DNA of 64,000 bases from Epiperipatus broadwayi (taxonomy: Eukaryota; Animalia; Onychophora). The stretch spans positions 17,484,001 through 17,548,000 of the forward strand of contig JAQFVV010000002.1 of the NCBI GenBank assembly GCA_028023455.1, in the 5' to 3' direction. Position numbers and translations under genes: made by a program. Below are positions 39,051-53,084 of this stretch, in pieces (position 1 is the stretch's first letter; the number at the start of each line of letters is the position of its first letter). Below the pieces are notes generated by a model. It worked only from the letters and a program-made list of their open reading frames with translations. It had not been told where the DNA came from and did not search any database.

Positions 39051-39964
39051 ATTACTAAAACTTTATTTTTTAAAACAGTTAAATTATTTAATAAATAGCT
39101 TCAATGATGAGTATATTCATTAGAGATAGGAACATAAATTATTGTAAAACTAATGGCAGTAAAAAGTTTATGCTTAGTGGCAGAGACTACTGAGCATTAT
39201 GAAGAATTCTACTCTAAAAACAATATCTTGAGCATCATAAGCAGAAATACTTTGACTGCAGTATCAAATCAAAGCCATTGGGTTTCTGATGTGAATGCTA
39301 CAATAAGGATGTGTTTATGTAAGAATTGGGAAATAACTGCTTCACGGTATGAATTAATATAGAATTAAAAATTGTTTACATTTTTAAAGCAGTGGAAAAA
39401 TGATTGCACAAAAAATATATCAATCAGAGTATTTTTACCCATTTGTAAAATATAATGTTGAAAATATTATAAACTATAATACTGTACTGTGTGTTCTCTT
39501 GGTTTAATTATTACTTTGTATACAATGCATCATGGCAGAATATTATTCGAACAATTTATAGAACTAATTTTATCTCCTACTATCAACATTATTTCAAGAA
39601 AAACATTGTTTTTTAATTCATGCAACTCACATTGTCATATTAAGTATGAAAAATATGCTAATGAGAGTACATATTTCTATTTATTTAATTTAAATATTAT
39701 TGAGCCTCTATGGACCATTTCTGAATAAGTGGAGAAATTTTTTATGAATGTAACTTAATATTTTATAGACATTATTAAAAAAGTACATAATTTTATTCCA
39801 CACACACTACAGCAGTTTTGATGATTCTCATATTAATAAAATTATCTCTGATGTTTTCATTGTTTGTCTTATATAAATTTTAAAAATTAAATATATAAAC
39901 TAGTGATTTATTGTTGACTTTTTATTTTTAAATTTTGTTTCTATCATTTTTAATGTATCATATT

Positions 39965-40058
39965 TTTTTATATATATCAAAGCATTGACCGAGAATCGAA
40001 CCCAGGCCGGCTGCTTGGCAGACAGCTTATGCTAACCGCCAGGCCACCAATGCTTGAC
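39965..40058 (-). mobile_element. tRNA-Gly(GCC)-derived mini-SINE
   Basis: gtcaa-GCATTGGTGGCCTGGCGG..GCTGT-CTGCCAA-GCAGC..GGTTCGATTC..CAATGC-tttga; 14-bp TSD taatgtatcatatt 39951-39964 / 40059-40072. Confidence 0.85.
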
Positions 40059-40741
40059 TAATGTATCATATTGTAAAACATAAAATTGATTTTTAGCAAG
40101 GTTCTTTTTTAAGTGTAAAAATCAAATTTTGTAAATGCTAAAATATGTTATCATTGGAAATCTGAATTGGTTTCTTTAAAAACAAATTAGAAAACAATTT
40201 TTATATTTTAGAATGAAAGGGTTGCTTATTAAAGTTGTGTTAAATTTGCAAAAAAAAATCTTAATAGTGCTATGAATGCAATTTTTCATTTTATATTCAG
40301 AAGAAAAAATAAAGTAGTAGTTAAAACAGAATTTTATGATGATTGTATAAGCTAATCCATGATTCACAAAGACATATTTTATTCTCATTTTCCAGTCTGT
40401 TTATTTGATATCTTTAAGTACTAAATTTTATATATGCAGCAAGCATCTATATCTTAATATAGTTCTCCAGTATATTCTTATTTCTGCCATGTTCTTTTAG
40501 TAAAAGCAATCACTATTGCATCTGTCCACAATGACTTTGAGATTATCTTTATATAAAAACATGATTACTATAAATAGTTTATAGGAAACGTATTATGTTT
40601 TCATCCTTTTCATATGTTCAGTTTAATAAGATGCATTCTGACAAATTTTAAATTCAGTGCTATCACATTTGGAAAGCTGAAAACATTTTCTTGCCTTTGT
40701 GTTTCCAGATTATTAAGGAGCAATCATAAATTATGTTTCAC

Positions 40742-41095
40742 CGATTATTTTATTAAACCAGCAAGCATCACATGATCACATCTCCAATACTAGCACATAA
40801 TTGTTTATAAACAAAGCAAAGCAAAACTCCATATAGTAGTGCCACCTGTGCTAAACAGAGTAATCAATGGACGCCAGAAGGCTTGTGCATAAAATCCCTA
40901 TCTAATGCCTACTCATCCAATATCCCCAAGCTCCTCACTGACAAAGGCCACAAGCCAGAAACTAGTCTGGGGATATTGGATGAGTAGGCATTAGATAGGG
41001 ATTTTATGCACAAGCCTTCTGGCATCCATTGATTACTCTGTTTAGCCCAGGTGGCACTACTATATGGAGTTTTGCTTTGCTTTCGATTATTTTAT
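40742..41095. mobile_element. Family B fold-back insertion, 12-bp TSD; HHR at 40932-40973 (core CTGACAA)
   Basis: TSD cgattattttat; arms 40813-40927 and 40968-41083. Confidence 0.85.
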
Positions 41096-43400
41096 GTTTC
41101 ACATATATTTCAAATTTTTTACCACAAATATGTCAGTATACTGGCCTTACAATTTTTATCACCATGATGAAATAATCTGTTTCTTAACTCGTTTAAATGC
41201 AGCAGCAGCACAATGGAGTCTGTTCTGTATCTTAATATCTCTAAATCTTTTTTTTACCTTAAGTGTCATAACATTTAAATGGATCTTTATTCTCAAGCTG
41301 AAAATTGTCTAATCCAAGGTGCATATGACCTCATGCAAAAACTAATGCCATACAAATGGAAAAGGAAATGATTATTACATATCCCTGTTTGACATCAGTT
41401 TTTATAAGTTGCATTCAAAATATTAAGAACATTCTGTAGATCACTGTTAGAATTAATAGGAATATTCCATAATTATATTGTAAATCTAGAAACTTTTGCA
41501 TTCATGAAATTTAAAAAATTGTATCATCACACCTACCATATCTTGATGTCTATTTCATTAAGCTATATTTGAACTGTTGTAAAGAGAAATGTCATAAAAA
41601 TTAAAAACAAAACGAATAGTATATATTCCCCTTTAACATCAATTTTTATTTTGAATGCCTTAGTTTATTGGTAAGAAAACTTTTCTGACCACAAGCAGAC
41701 CACTAGTAAAATAATGTTTTTACTTTCTGATAAATAAGGTACTTACTCATACAGAGGAAAATTGTAATCATACTGGAAACTGACTTTCTATTGTCAATAA
41801 ATTTTTACAAAATAAAACCATTTCAGGCAATTTTATGATGATGAACAGTATTTGTATATATGTAGCTATGCAATCCCATGTCTAGAGTGTGATTATCCAT
41901 GTCCTAAGCATGGATATGTCAGCATGGTATCATTTAAGACTGCATATGACCAAAATACTATATTAAGGCAGGCTTACAATCATTGTGTTACTGCAGGATT
42001 TAATGGAAGAGTAGTTTCTTTTAAGGTGTGGGAAGATTGATTTCAAGAGATAGGGATAAGGTTTCTTAATACAAGTGTTGTCTCTGACTTACAATTATAT
42101 ACTCTGTAGATTTAAAAATTTGTCACATACTACCAAACATTTATTGTTGGTTTATAAATAATCATTGTCATAATAATTTTTTTAAAAACCTCAAACCTAG
42201 GCCCACAAATCTTTGACATGGGTCACATGTGAACCATGGGCTTAATTTTTTTCCCTTTGGCTTTAGATTTTATATATTTAATAACAATGTTTTCTTTCAT
42301 ATCATACAAAACACATTCAAATGGCTTTATTGATTGAACATTCATAAAATGGTCAAGCGCCAGAAGACATAGCATCAGAATTGATACTAGGATTCCATAT
42401 TTCAAAGTATCTCACTATACCACTGCACCAAATTACATGGGGCAAAAGAATTCAATGGCTTTGTAGCTCTTATTAGAATTCATAAAATGTTCAAGTGCCA
42501 GTAATATGAGCGCTGAAATCAATCTAAAATATTAGACTCCCAAATCTGACTATCATCATAATAAACCACACAAGGCTCTTATACTATCATAATAGTCATT
42601 TAATAGTAATCAATTTTCATAGATAAACAGCTAGAGTCATCTATCTTTTATTAACTGAATTAAATATCTTGTCTTAAAACAGTATAAACAATATATTAAT
42701 CATTTTTTGTATCTGTCTGGCTTTTTAATTTTTAAACTCGCATTCAGTTGCTATAAAATATTCATATTTAACTAGGAGATGCCTATTCAGTAAAATCCTT
42801 AAATGTATTTTTCTATAGCAGGTAATTATGATATTTCACAATTACTATTGCTTTGGTTTCTTCTTCATTTTTTGCAAATTGAAACATTAAAAATATCTAT
42901 AATGTCTCTTGGCACACTTTCATGAGTTTGTTTATCCTAATAGTATTGCAATAGCTTTGAATCTAATATAACAAGCCTCATATTGTAAAAACTTCCAGGG
43001 ATTTTTGTCAGAATTCACATTATCTAGTTTTAATATTACAAAGAATAATTATAATCTCATTAAACTGATTACTTTTGCCTAGATTTAAAGATAGAAATAT
43101 AATTAAATGGTATTGTTTCATTATTCAAAAGATGATCAAAATACTCCCCTCCATTTGCTGAAATAATAGGAATAATATAGTTTTTCAATATGTCAAAAAT
43201 ATTTAAAATGATTACAATTAACAAATGATGATATTTCCTTTGCAGATATAAGCCACCAATTATTCTTAAGCAAATTATATTCTGCTTTCAAGTCCCTATA
43301 TCACTTATACCATATCACAATCTTTTTATAATTTAACTCAGCATAGAATTCCATGTGTTTTTTAAATTAAGTACTTCTAAAGAACAAACATCAAATTTTC

Positions 43401-43837
43401 TATCAATATGTTTCATTCCAATATCAGCCTTTCAAGCTAATTGAGCACGCGCCTTTGAGAGTGTTAAATAAATGAATACTCTCTTCTTCAATCCAAGATA
43501 TAGCATTTATGCAGGAATAAAAAGAATCCCTCTTATTCCTACTTACACCAGCATCATTCAGTCAAAAAACATCGTAAATAGTAATTTAAAGTGAGAATCT
43601 ACTCACGCTCTCTTCAGAAGTTCTTCAGATTTGCTCATATAAAAGAATTTGAGTTGTAGGAATAAGAGGGATTCTTTTTATTCCTGCATAAATGCTATAT
43701 CTTGGATTGAAAAAGAGAGTAATCATTTATTTAACACTCTCAAAGGCGCGTGCTCAATTAGCTTGAAAGGCTGATATTGGAATGAAATATAATTGAAGCA
43801 TGGCGCTAGATAAAAATATTTGCTTATCAATATGTTT
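43401..43837. mobile_element. Family F-related fold-back insertion, 13-bp TSD
   Basis: TSD tatcaatatgttt 43401-43413 / 43825-43837; ~130-bp arms; blocks shared with 25973-26732. Confidence 0.8.
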
Positions 43838-44489
43838 ATAAAAGGATCTGCTTTTAATGCAGAATTTAATTCTAAACTTGGATAATTCCATCCATATTCT
43901 GACCAACATTCTGCTGATGTAAGTGCTGATCTAATCTTGATGTTAAAACATTCAGATTCCTAAAATGCTTTTTTTTTAATAATAGATGCATTAAAAACTT
44001 CTTTATGTTTTAAAGGATTATATTGTTTTAAATGTTTCAATGTTACATCACTTTATATTATAATAATAACTGAAGCTTAATCCACTGCATATGCGCTCTA
44101 TAGATCAAACACTAATTATAATGAATAAATCCTACTCAGGAAGACAATCAAACCTACAATAGTCTTACAATTAATAGTATATAAAATTACTTAATCGTAT
44201 GTATGTTACTTATTTACAAAAAATAAAAAAACAATGTTTTTTTAGTAGGGCATCAGATTATTAGGCATAATATCTGAGTACCTTGAATAATGTCGCATCA
44301 AGGATCAGGTATCACAGTAAATATTGTGTGGAAATATTTTCATCCCTTGAGCTGAGTGATTCTAATTTAATCCAGAAAGTGTTTTATTGATTTTTAGAAT
44401 TATTATTATATTAAAAAATTGTAAATATTAATTCTTATTAAGCACATTGTCAGCATGTAATACTTATATAAGGCTATATAACCTTAGTA

Positions 44490-44707
44490 CATGCGCCTTG
44501 TCTTAAATTTTACTACAAGAGAGACCTCTACAAATCTTAATGTAATATTCGACTTTATAAAGATAAGAGTGGCCACACTCTTATCTTCAACCTATTTTTC
44601 TAATTATGCAGGCAAATCTAAAGCATTTTGATTTGGGAGCATCAAATCTTGTGTTAAGATTTGTAGAGATTTCTCTTGTAATAAAATTTAAGCACACTAG
44701 GCACATG
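44490..44707. mobile_element. MITE with ~55-bp imperfect TIRs, TA TSD
   Basis: ta-catgcgcct...aggcacatg-ta; ttttactacaagagagacctctacaaatcttaa mirrored at the right end. Confidence 0.65.
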
Positions 44708-45844
44708 TATTATATTAAAAAATGCATCTTGTATACAAAAATGCATATAGAATAAATGTTAAAGCTCTAATTTGAGAGAATACTCTTTCTGAAAAAGATT
44801 TAAATAGAGTTTTAATATTGCAATTATAGTGGGTTTTCTACTAGAAAATGTGTGCATTAATTTTTTTCTTCCCCAAAACAACTTTATTGGGACTATACAT
44901 GTTACATGGCTAAGTAAATCAAAGAGTCCAGGTAATCTCGTCACCTTATGCTGTCATTGTAGCACTAGATGTGTGCATTAATTGATCTATGTAATATGCA
45001 AAAAAATTACTATGCCTTTGAGCCATATTTCTACCATCACATGGATTCTAAGAAAAATTTTGATCTCTTTTATTGATGCAATAACACTAACACAGAATTC
45101 TCCTTTACAAAATTAGAACATAAAAATAGACAGAATAAACACATGAACCAGTACTTAAATCAATTCATAATAACATTACTATTTTATTAATACATCTAGA
45201 ATTACTAGAATAAAAAATCTCTCTTATATTTAAATTCTATGTAGTCTTTTTTACACTCAGTGAACTGTCCAACCAAAAAAAAAAAACACCTTATAATCTA
45301 TTCATTGAAAATTTCCTTCAGCTGAAAAATGAATATGACTTAGAACAGTTACATAAATCTTAAACTTAACAATTCCTTATCTATAAGGTTCTGTTTATGA
45401 TCAGATCTTGAAAAGTCCACATCAAACAAAATTCATGTTTTCTGTGTAAGAATATTAAGAAAAAATGTTGAAATATTTCTTTGTTATCTCAGTATCTTTT
45501 TTTGATATGACAACTGTTATATCACTCAAAAATATAATTACTTCTCCCTGGAAATCTTCCAGACATTGTAGCCTACTACTCTTATTAGATAAAACTGTTT
45601 TTTATATTCCTAAAATTGAAAGAGCAGTTTATAAATTACTTAAAAAGTAATAGATTTAATTAATAATAATCAATGATTAATTTAATAAATCAATCATCCA
45701 AGAAGTACAAATCTAAAAATCATACATAATAAATAAAAAAATAAAAATGTAAAAGATAATTCAAAATAATTTGTAAAATTTTTACAAAAACTTTGTAATG
45801 AAAAGAGAATAGGAGATTACTCATTGTTAATATAATAAGATATT

Positions 45845-46330
45845 TCCAAAATTACAACTGTTAGTAATTGCACATCAAACAGGTTAGTAAATACACAATG
45901 TTTCAAGAGGTATTCTTCTTCAGGTGCCACTGGCCTGACCAGTGACAGTACTAGCATGGGATTCGAACCTAGATCCTTAGATTCAAGAGTGTTGAATTTT
46001 AAGATAGCACTCTAACCAACTGAGCCATCCTTTCAAAGACAACAGTCTGTAGAAATTTCATATACTTATCTATGAGGTTGCTCCTGATTTCTCCACTTTT
46101 TCCTAAGAACAAAGTTGATTAGTGGTTTCCATACATTATGTTTAGTCACATTAGGTTGGCTTATGGAATTTTTTGCCATTATCACATGAGCATCTTCTTT
46201 AAATTTTCTTCTTTGTACCTTATTTAAATAAAGTTAAATTTTTGAAGACATTCAATACGCATATTAGATGATGGACATAGTCCAATATAAAAATACAATT
46301 AGAATACCATCATCACAAACCTTCAGGAAA
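45845..46330 (-). mobile_element. Family D PLE 3' end: ORF C-terminus, tRNA-derived A/B boxes (46016-46027, 45959-45969), HHR (45893-45927); inverted tail 46222-46330
   Basis: TGGCTCAGTTGG and GGTTCGAATCC on minus; gcac-CTGAAGA-agaatacctctt-GAA-ACAT-T-gtgt; homologous to 61690-62180. Confidence 0.8.
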
Positions 46331-46639
46331 ACATTACAAAAAAAATGTATGAATTATATTACATTTATTCATATGCTTATTATAAATTATATGATATGAA
46401 ATTAAAAATATAAAACCATATTAAATAAATACATTTTTCTTAATCTTATGTAATTGTAGTTTTTGATAATTCTTGATTTCATGAAAGATTAGATTAAATA
46501 TGACACAGATATATGAATAAAATATGGAGTTAGGAATCATGAATTTAATAAACACTGTCATACAATATCTATTGATTATTTAAGCTTACAATAGATAGCA
46601 GCACTGAATTTGAATATATATATATCAGTTAGAAAATAT

Positions 46640-48100
46640 AAAATCAGTTAAGATTTAAAAATGAGATGGGACTAAGACAAGATGCCCTATGTCACCTATT
46701 TTGTTTTTGCTATTATTTGAGAAAAATGGAGAGAGCAATGGAAAGACTAGAAAACAGGGTAGAAATACCATTAATAGATAGGAAGAGAGGATATATGTTA
46801 TCAGGTATTTTATTTGCTGCTATTTTTTTATACACAGAAAGTAGGGAAGATATGGGTGTTATGCTGAAGACTTGCACAAGGGTGGGTAAAGAGATGGGAA
46901 TTAAATTTAGTGAAGAAAAATCAAGTAGTAATGATAAATATTAGGAAAAGAAAAGAGAAAGAATTTTTATTGGGGAACATAAAGTTGAATGTGGTGAATA
47001 AGTATAACTATTTGGGAACCATCTTAAGTAAGCAGAGGAATTGTTTGGATAAATGGGAGAAAAAATGATAAGTGAAGCAAAGATTAAGAAAAAGACTGAT
47101 AAAAAAAATTAACAGTATTTTCATTGCGTAAATATGATGTAGCAAGAATTGTATGGGAGGGAGTGGCAGTAGAAGTGTTAACTTATGCTAATGATACATT
47201 AGGTGTTAGTAAAGGGGTGTTAGATTACTTAGAAAAAGTACAAAAAGAAGTAGAAAGACATGCATTAGATGCAGCAATGGAGGTAATTCATGGAGAAATA
47301 TGATGGTCAAGTTTTTATATGAGAGATGCAAAAAGCAAAATGAAAATGTTCAGAATAGCCAAAATAGTATTTAATTTGGATTATAAGTAAAAAACAGGAA
47401 GCAAGATGGGAGAGAAAGATAGTATGGTATGCAGAAGATTTGGATAATGACTTTATGTCAGTATATTTGTAAAAAAGATGGGATGATTGTGTTAGAAAGA
47501 TAGTTGGGTGCTATAGTGGCAATGATTGGGATTGAAGAATATATGCATTAATAAAAAATAGGGAGCTGTTGAAATGAAGAGTAGTATGGGGAGTAAAAAG
47601 AGTTTAAATATATATGGAAGTTAACAGAATATTGGGTGTGAGTTAATTTATGATAATAATAAGGAAAGTAGTTTAATGTTTAAGACTTGAAGAGGATCAT
47701 TAGCAACAAGAGAATATACACATAAATGGGGAAATTTAGGTGATTTAGTCTGCAAGTTATATAAGGAAGGCATGAAAAATATTGGGAATATGTTAATTGA
47801 ATGTAAATGCTTACAAGTGGAAAGGATACAAATAATGTAGTTGTGTGATAATAAATATAAACAAAGTGATTATACAGAAAGTAGGTACTTGGTTTTCATG
47901 CTGCCTTTGGAAAAAGATAAGGGTGATTTATATATAAAAGACAGAGCAGATAAAGATGATGTTGTGGTAATGGGATGAAGCAGGATAAAGAAGAATATGG
48001 GAAAAACATAGGGTAATGAAGGAAAATGGTTAACAAGTTTCTCTGGGCATAGTAGTTGAGAGATTTCTGACTCGACAAAAGAGTTGCATCATGTCACATA
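46640..48100 (+). mobile_element. Degenerate non-LTR retrotransposon, RT C-terminal half and 3' end (CR1/L2-group-like; clade not assignable)
   Basis: GLRQ(G)CPMSPILF, LSGILFA, GIKFSEEKS, YNYLGTI, WEGVAVEVLTYAN, LEKVQKEV; many stops and frameshifts. Confidence 0.75.
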
Positions 48101-50622
48101 TATATAGCTTTTAGTAAAGAAATGAAATGTCAGAACTTTTGTACAACTAGAAAGAAAAAAAATAAAGAGTAATATAAAATAAAGAAAAAAGAACTAAAAT
48201 TAGAATTGCTGTTTGTTTGATTAAAGGATGGAAATGTGATTTGACAAATATATATTTCTATTATCTGTAAATAATGCAAAGAAATGGACAAAATATTTTT
48301 TGTTAAATAAAAAGTTAATAATAACATATATACATAATAGGACACAAAAAATAAAGCATTATCTGTAAATTTATATTTTTATTTTGATGAATTTCATTGA
48401 ATTTTTCATTTGCCAATTTTATTCATTAGTTATCCTTTTTATTTATTGTATTTAATCATTTTAGACAGCAAAACATGACTCAGAATAAACTTAAATGACA
48501 AGAAAACAGGTTGACAGATATTGCAACAAGGTTAAGGAATTGGTCATTCTAAGATGGTCATCACAACTTAGTTCTTGAATCAAATTCAGAATTACTAAAC
48601 ATCACAAACTTAAAATACAATGTCCAAGAATTTACATATTTAATGATATCATGTATAAATATAATTAAATTTGCTGTTTTCAGGACAAAATTATTCTTTC
48701 TACCCTATGTAATCTGTTGTAATGTCAATTGATTTTGGGTCAGGGTATAACATGGTTAACTTATTAAAAAAAAATCTTCTTCAAATAGGAAATCAATCTT
48801 AAAAATCTTAGAAGCTATCTTTTCTCTGCTTGATGATTTCAACGAGAGATATTTTAAAATAAAAATTTTAAGAAAGAAATTTTCAAAAATCCTAGAAAGT
48901 AAAAGATAACCTGATGGTCAGCATACATCTGACATGGTAGCTATCTTATTATCATACATCATAATAAAAGTTATAGGATAAACTATTTGGATTTTAAACA
49001 TGTAAGATTAAAAGATAATTAGCCAGAGGTTGGTATAAATTGGTAATTAATAATACAAAATTAAAGCTTAAAAAAAGTACTAGTTGCAATTAATCATTAT
49101 CTATTTTATGGAAATTTAAATAGAATTTAACTAAATTGTTAGGTCATTTTACTTTCCCATTAAATGATGAAACAGACTATTATTTATAAACTTATAATAG
49201 TCTATTTATACCATTGTAGCAATGTGTGCTTAAATACTGAAACAGTTTAAAATGACAATTTAGTAACAGAAAGAATAATATAATTTCTTTGAGATAATTA
49301 ATTCATATAATTTTGTTATATATATAAATAATATTTATTTAAAATAATCAAGTACAATTTTCTTGACTATGGATATGGAATCTGGTCATGGGGAGAATAG
49401 AAGAGTGTATAAAATAAATGTTCACATACACATCCATTCAATGTTTTCTTTAAGCTCGATAATTCCATAGCAATTTTGAAAGCTTGCATTCTGCTCAACA
49501 GCTTTTGCACAATTCAGACATTCAATATTTGAATTATTCATCCATTTGTTATTACATTTAAATACATAAAGTTGAATTCAGAGGAATAATTTTGATAAAA
49601 AGGATTAATAAATAGAATTGATCTGTACATGCAGTGGAGGAAAATATTGCTATGGGTAGTTCAGTTTAATAGTGTTATGTCTCACCTGACATGGCTAAAA
49701 ATAGCTTCCAATTCCTACACTGACCATTGGCATGGCAGGATATCTGCCATAACTGAGACTTCAGCTTGAGTGCAATAAGCTTTTTTTAAATGTAACTTTA
49801 AAAAATATATATCCAACATTCAAATATTTTATTTTAGACCCTACAAACGCCAAAACGTTCATTCATCAAGTCAATCTAAAAATTAAATATATATATATAA
49901 ATGGCTCTCCTGATCAGTTGAAACTGAAATGCCATCATCATCTGAGGAATAGATTATTCATGGAAACTGGTTCCGTTTATTAAGGATATTAAAACCTTTT
50001 AAGAACAATATGTTTAGCAGATTATTTACAAGAATTAAAAAACTTTAAAAATTAGCCAACATTTCAGAAATTGATGTTATATCATTCAGACATCTCGATG
50101 AAGTAAGATAGGTATTTAGATATTTCATACTAAATGCTCTGATAAAAAATTATTTTTTAAATAAGTTATTGAATAGAATAAGGTGAAGAATTTAATGACC
50201 GAATAAATAAATATTTTTAAAAAACTCTCAAAAACCCACAATATTGAGTAGCATGTGTGATTCTTTAAAATGTATCTTTCAGACTTACTAGCATTAAACA
50301 AATCTTTGCAAAGATCTAATTTATCCTCTATAATTTGCAAAGGAAAAAAATAATAAATTAAAAGTGCAATATATGGAAGACATCTTCTTGGGTGTGGTCA
50401 ATCAAATAATTTTAGATTCCAGGAATTATATAGATACTTTACCAATACTTAAATTTATTCAACTGATTTGCAATTGTTTAGATAATAGATTTCCAGAAGA
50501 GATATAAATGATTGGAATATCTTGGATCCTTTTACAATGAAAACTAATTTAAACATAAAGCATGGAAAAGATAGTCTAAAATGTTTATTTGTAAAATATG
50601 AATATATAATAAATAAATAATA

Positions 50623-51701
50623 CACCTGGATCTCGTTTTATGCGATAGATAGGTTCCTCAGAAAACACACGCAAAAGAAATCGCACAAAAATAGACATAA
50701 CTTACCTTGAAAAAGGGGGGATACAGACTGTGATTTTTCAAAAATCGCATAAAAGCAAAGCACCAACGTAAAATTACTTTAAAATTCGCGCGCAAAAAAA
50801 ATAAGGAAATAAAATATGACTAATAAAAAATTTCAAATTTGAAAAAAATTGATACAAGACAAACTTTTTTTAACTATAATATTTAATTTTATTCAAAACA
50901 ATATATTTTTATGCATAATTTACAGTAATTTACATTTTTTTATACATGTTTTAATTATTATTGCTATTTGCCGATAAACAGGTTCGTTTGCAAACTGGTA
51001 AAAAGTCAGATTCTTCACAAGAGGAAATACAACTAGCACCAATTTCACTCTCATGTTGTGTTAATGATTTTCTGGTGACAACGTAATTAGTAATTAATCT
51101 AATAACTGAAAATTAACTTCTTATTTTTGTCTTTAATTTTTTAATTTTCAATTCCGTTTAAAAATCAAATTTCGTTTTACATCACATTAATTTCAGGTCA
51201 CCTTAAGTAATTTTTAAATTGTTAATTACAATTAAAAATCAGATTTTAATTTTTAATTGTCAAATTTAATTGTTCCCACTGCTATTACTCACCTTTTAAA
51301 AATAAACTTGCGGACACTAAATGATTAATAATTGATTACGTTCTTTTTTAAAAAGCAAAAACAGAATGTGATTTAAAATACAAAATTAACACGCACAATG
51401 TTTGAACAAATTTACATTATAATCTTGTAAAATTTAATGTGGGTATACATAAAATGTGGAAATGATGATTTTAATTTCATTATTGCATAAAATCTTACTA
51501 TTATAAAGCACTGAAAATATTGAAATTACTAAGATGAAAGTCGAATTCCAATAATGTGCTATTGCTTCCAATATGACATAAATGTGTGAAATTTATTATT
51601 TAAAGTAATAGCACATTATCGGAGTTCGACTTCTGAAGAAACATGAATTATGTAACTTCAAAATCGCGTTAAATAAATCCGCGTAAAACGAGACCCAGGT
51701 G
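50623..51701. mobile_element. pogo/Tigger-like non-autonomous DNA transposon, TA TSD
   Basis: TIRs cacctggatctcgttttatgcg / cgcgtaaaacgagacccaggtg flanked by TA; CpG-rich interior suggests a younger insertion. Confidence 0.8.
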
Positions 51702-52049
51702 TAATGATAAAAATCACATGAGCTGAGATATGATTTTAAAACAGCATGATAACTTGAAATTTTTAGTAAATAAAAAATGTGAAAATGAAATAATCAAATA
51801 ATTTAATAATTTAGGTAATCTATCTTAAAAGACCATTAATATAAAGAACTTTTAATACTTTTCGATATTTGTGCAACTTTTCAAGTTTCCAGCAATGATT
51901 GTGAATGCAGTTTTAGTTTAATGAAAGCAATAAAATCAAAATCCTGTAATAAACTAACATTTGAATAATTTAATAAAATTAAGTATTATATAGTCAGAAA
52001 AGCAGAAAATTATAAAAAATGACATCAAAAAATAAAAGACTAATGTTTA

Positions 52050-52247
52050 TTAATATTGAGTTTTAAAACAGGCAAAACTCTTCATATTGTAGTACACTAG
52101 ATAGGGGTTTTATTGCCAAATCTTCTTGTATCCATTGATTACTCTGGCTTCCACTGAGTGGCGCTACTGTATTGGGAGTTTTGCCTGTTTTAACAGCTTG
52201 AGCAAGCATAAGAAATGGTAATCATGTGAGATTTAATATTGAGTTTT
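52050..52247. mobile_element. Short family B fold-back insertion, 15-bp TSD
   Basis: TSD ttaatattgagtttt 52050-52064 / 52233-52247. Confidence 0.8.
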
Positions 52248-53084
52248 GTTATTATTTTTAAGCTATGTTCTATAATATTTCTTTATATATAAACTATTTT
52301 ATATGTAAATGTGTAGATAAATACTAAAATTTGATATTTTTGCTGTACATTAGTCAGTTTGGTATGCTATTCTCTTGGGTTTTTAACTCTGAGACAGTCT
52401 ACTCTCAGAGAGAACATTCCATAGACCAATATATTTATTTGTTTTATCATAAAAGATATGTTAGTAGTATTAATGATTAATCTTGGTAATATATAAAAAT
52501 AATAAATCATTCTGATTAATTTTTATTTTAGAAGAAAAAGATAAAAAATAATGAATAAAATTTTATTATTTTTTGCTACAAAAATCAGTTTTATTTAAAA
52601 ATAAAATAGTATATTGGAACACAATAATATTTTTTTCTAAATTTTAGTAGTATGATATGGAGAGAAATGGAAAGGAAAATATGTTAGAATAATCTAGACT
52701 CTTGTAGTGAGAAGTAGCAGAAATGTTTTATCTCAGAACTGATAATAAAAGGATATGTTTATTTTTTTATTTATTTGAACTTATAAACAAAATGAATTTC
52801 TGAACAAAAGGAGGGAGTTGTATTTCTGTCTTGTTAGCCAGATTTCCAAAGTGTTGAAAAAATAGATTGATTGGCATAAAATTTATCTTTCTAATTGTCT
52901 TATAATTTATTTAATAATTATTCTACTATGGTAACAATGCATGAAATCTTAATAGGCACCAATCCAAATAATGACTATTTCAATCAACAAATAATGCCAT
53001 TAGAAGCTTCACTATCAAGTCACAAAAGTGTCCCAAAGAAAAGAAGAAATCATACTTTAGGAAAACGGACTAAACAATTTTTTA

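Noticed and set aside
39965-40058. Functional tRNA-Gly genes (also 16095-16166)
   Set aside because: TSDs, A-rich tails and arm mismatches indicate retroposed SINE copies
41852-42040. 62-aa Cys-containing ORF
   Set aside because: No recognisable domain or splice context; VSFKTAYD may be an RT remnant
42223-42540. ~137-bp imperfect tandem duplication with KPFEC-like words (C2H2 linker?)
   Set aside because: Cys/His spacing not preserved; too decayed to call
49415-49560. PHD-like ECLNC..CYGI..EWMC on the minus strand
   Set aside because: Incomplete ligand set, ends in a stop, no supporting context
49942-49975. CTGAGGA...GAAAC hammerhead-like spacing
   Set aside because: No stem II or stem I pairing
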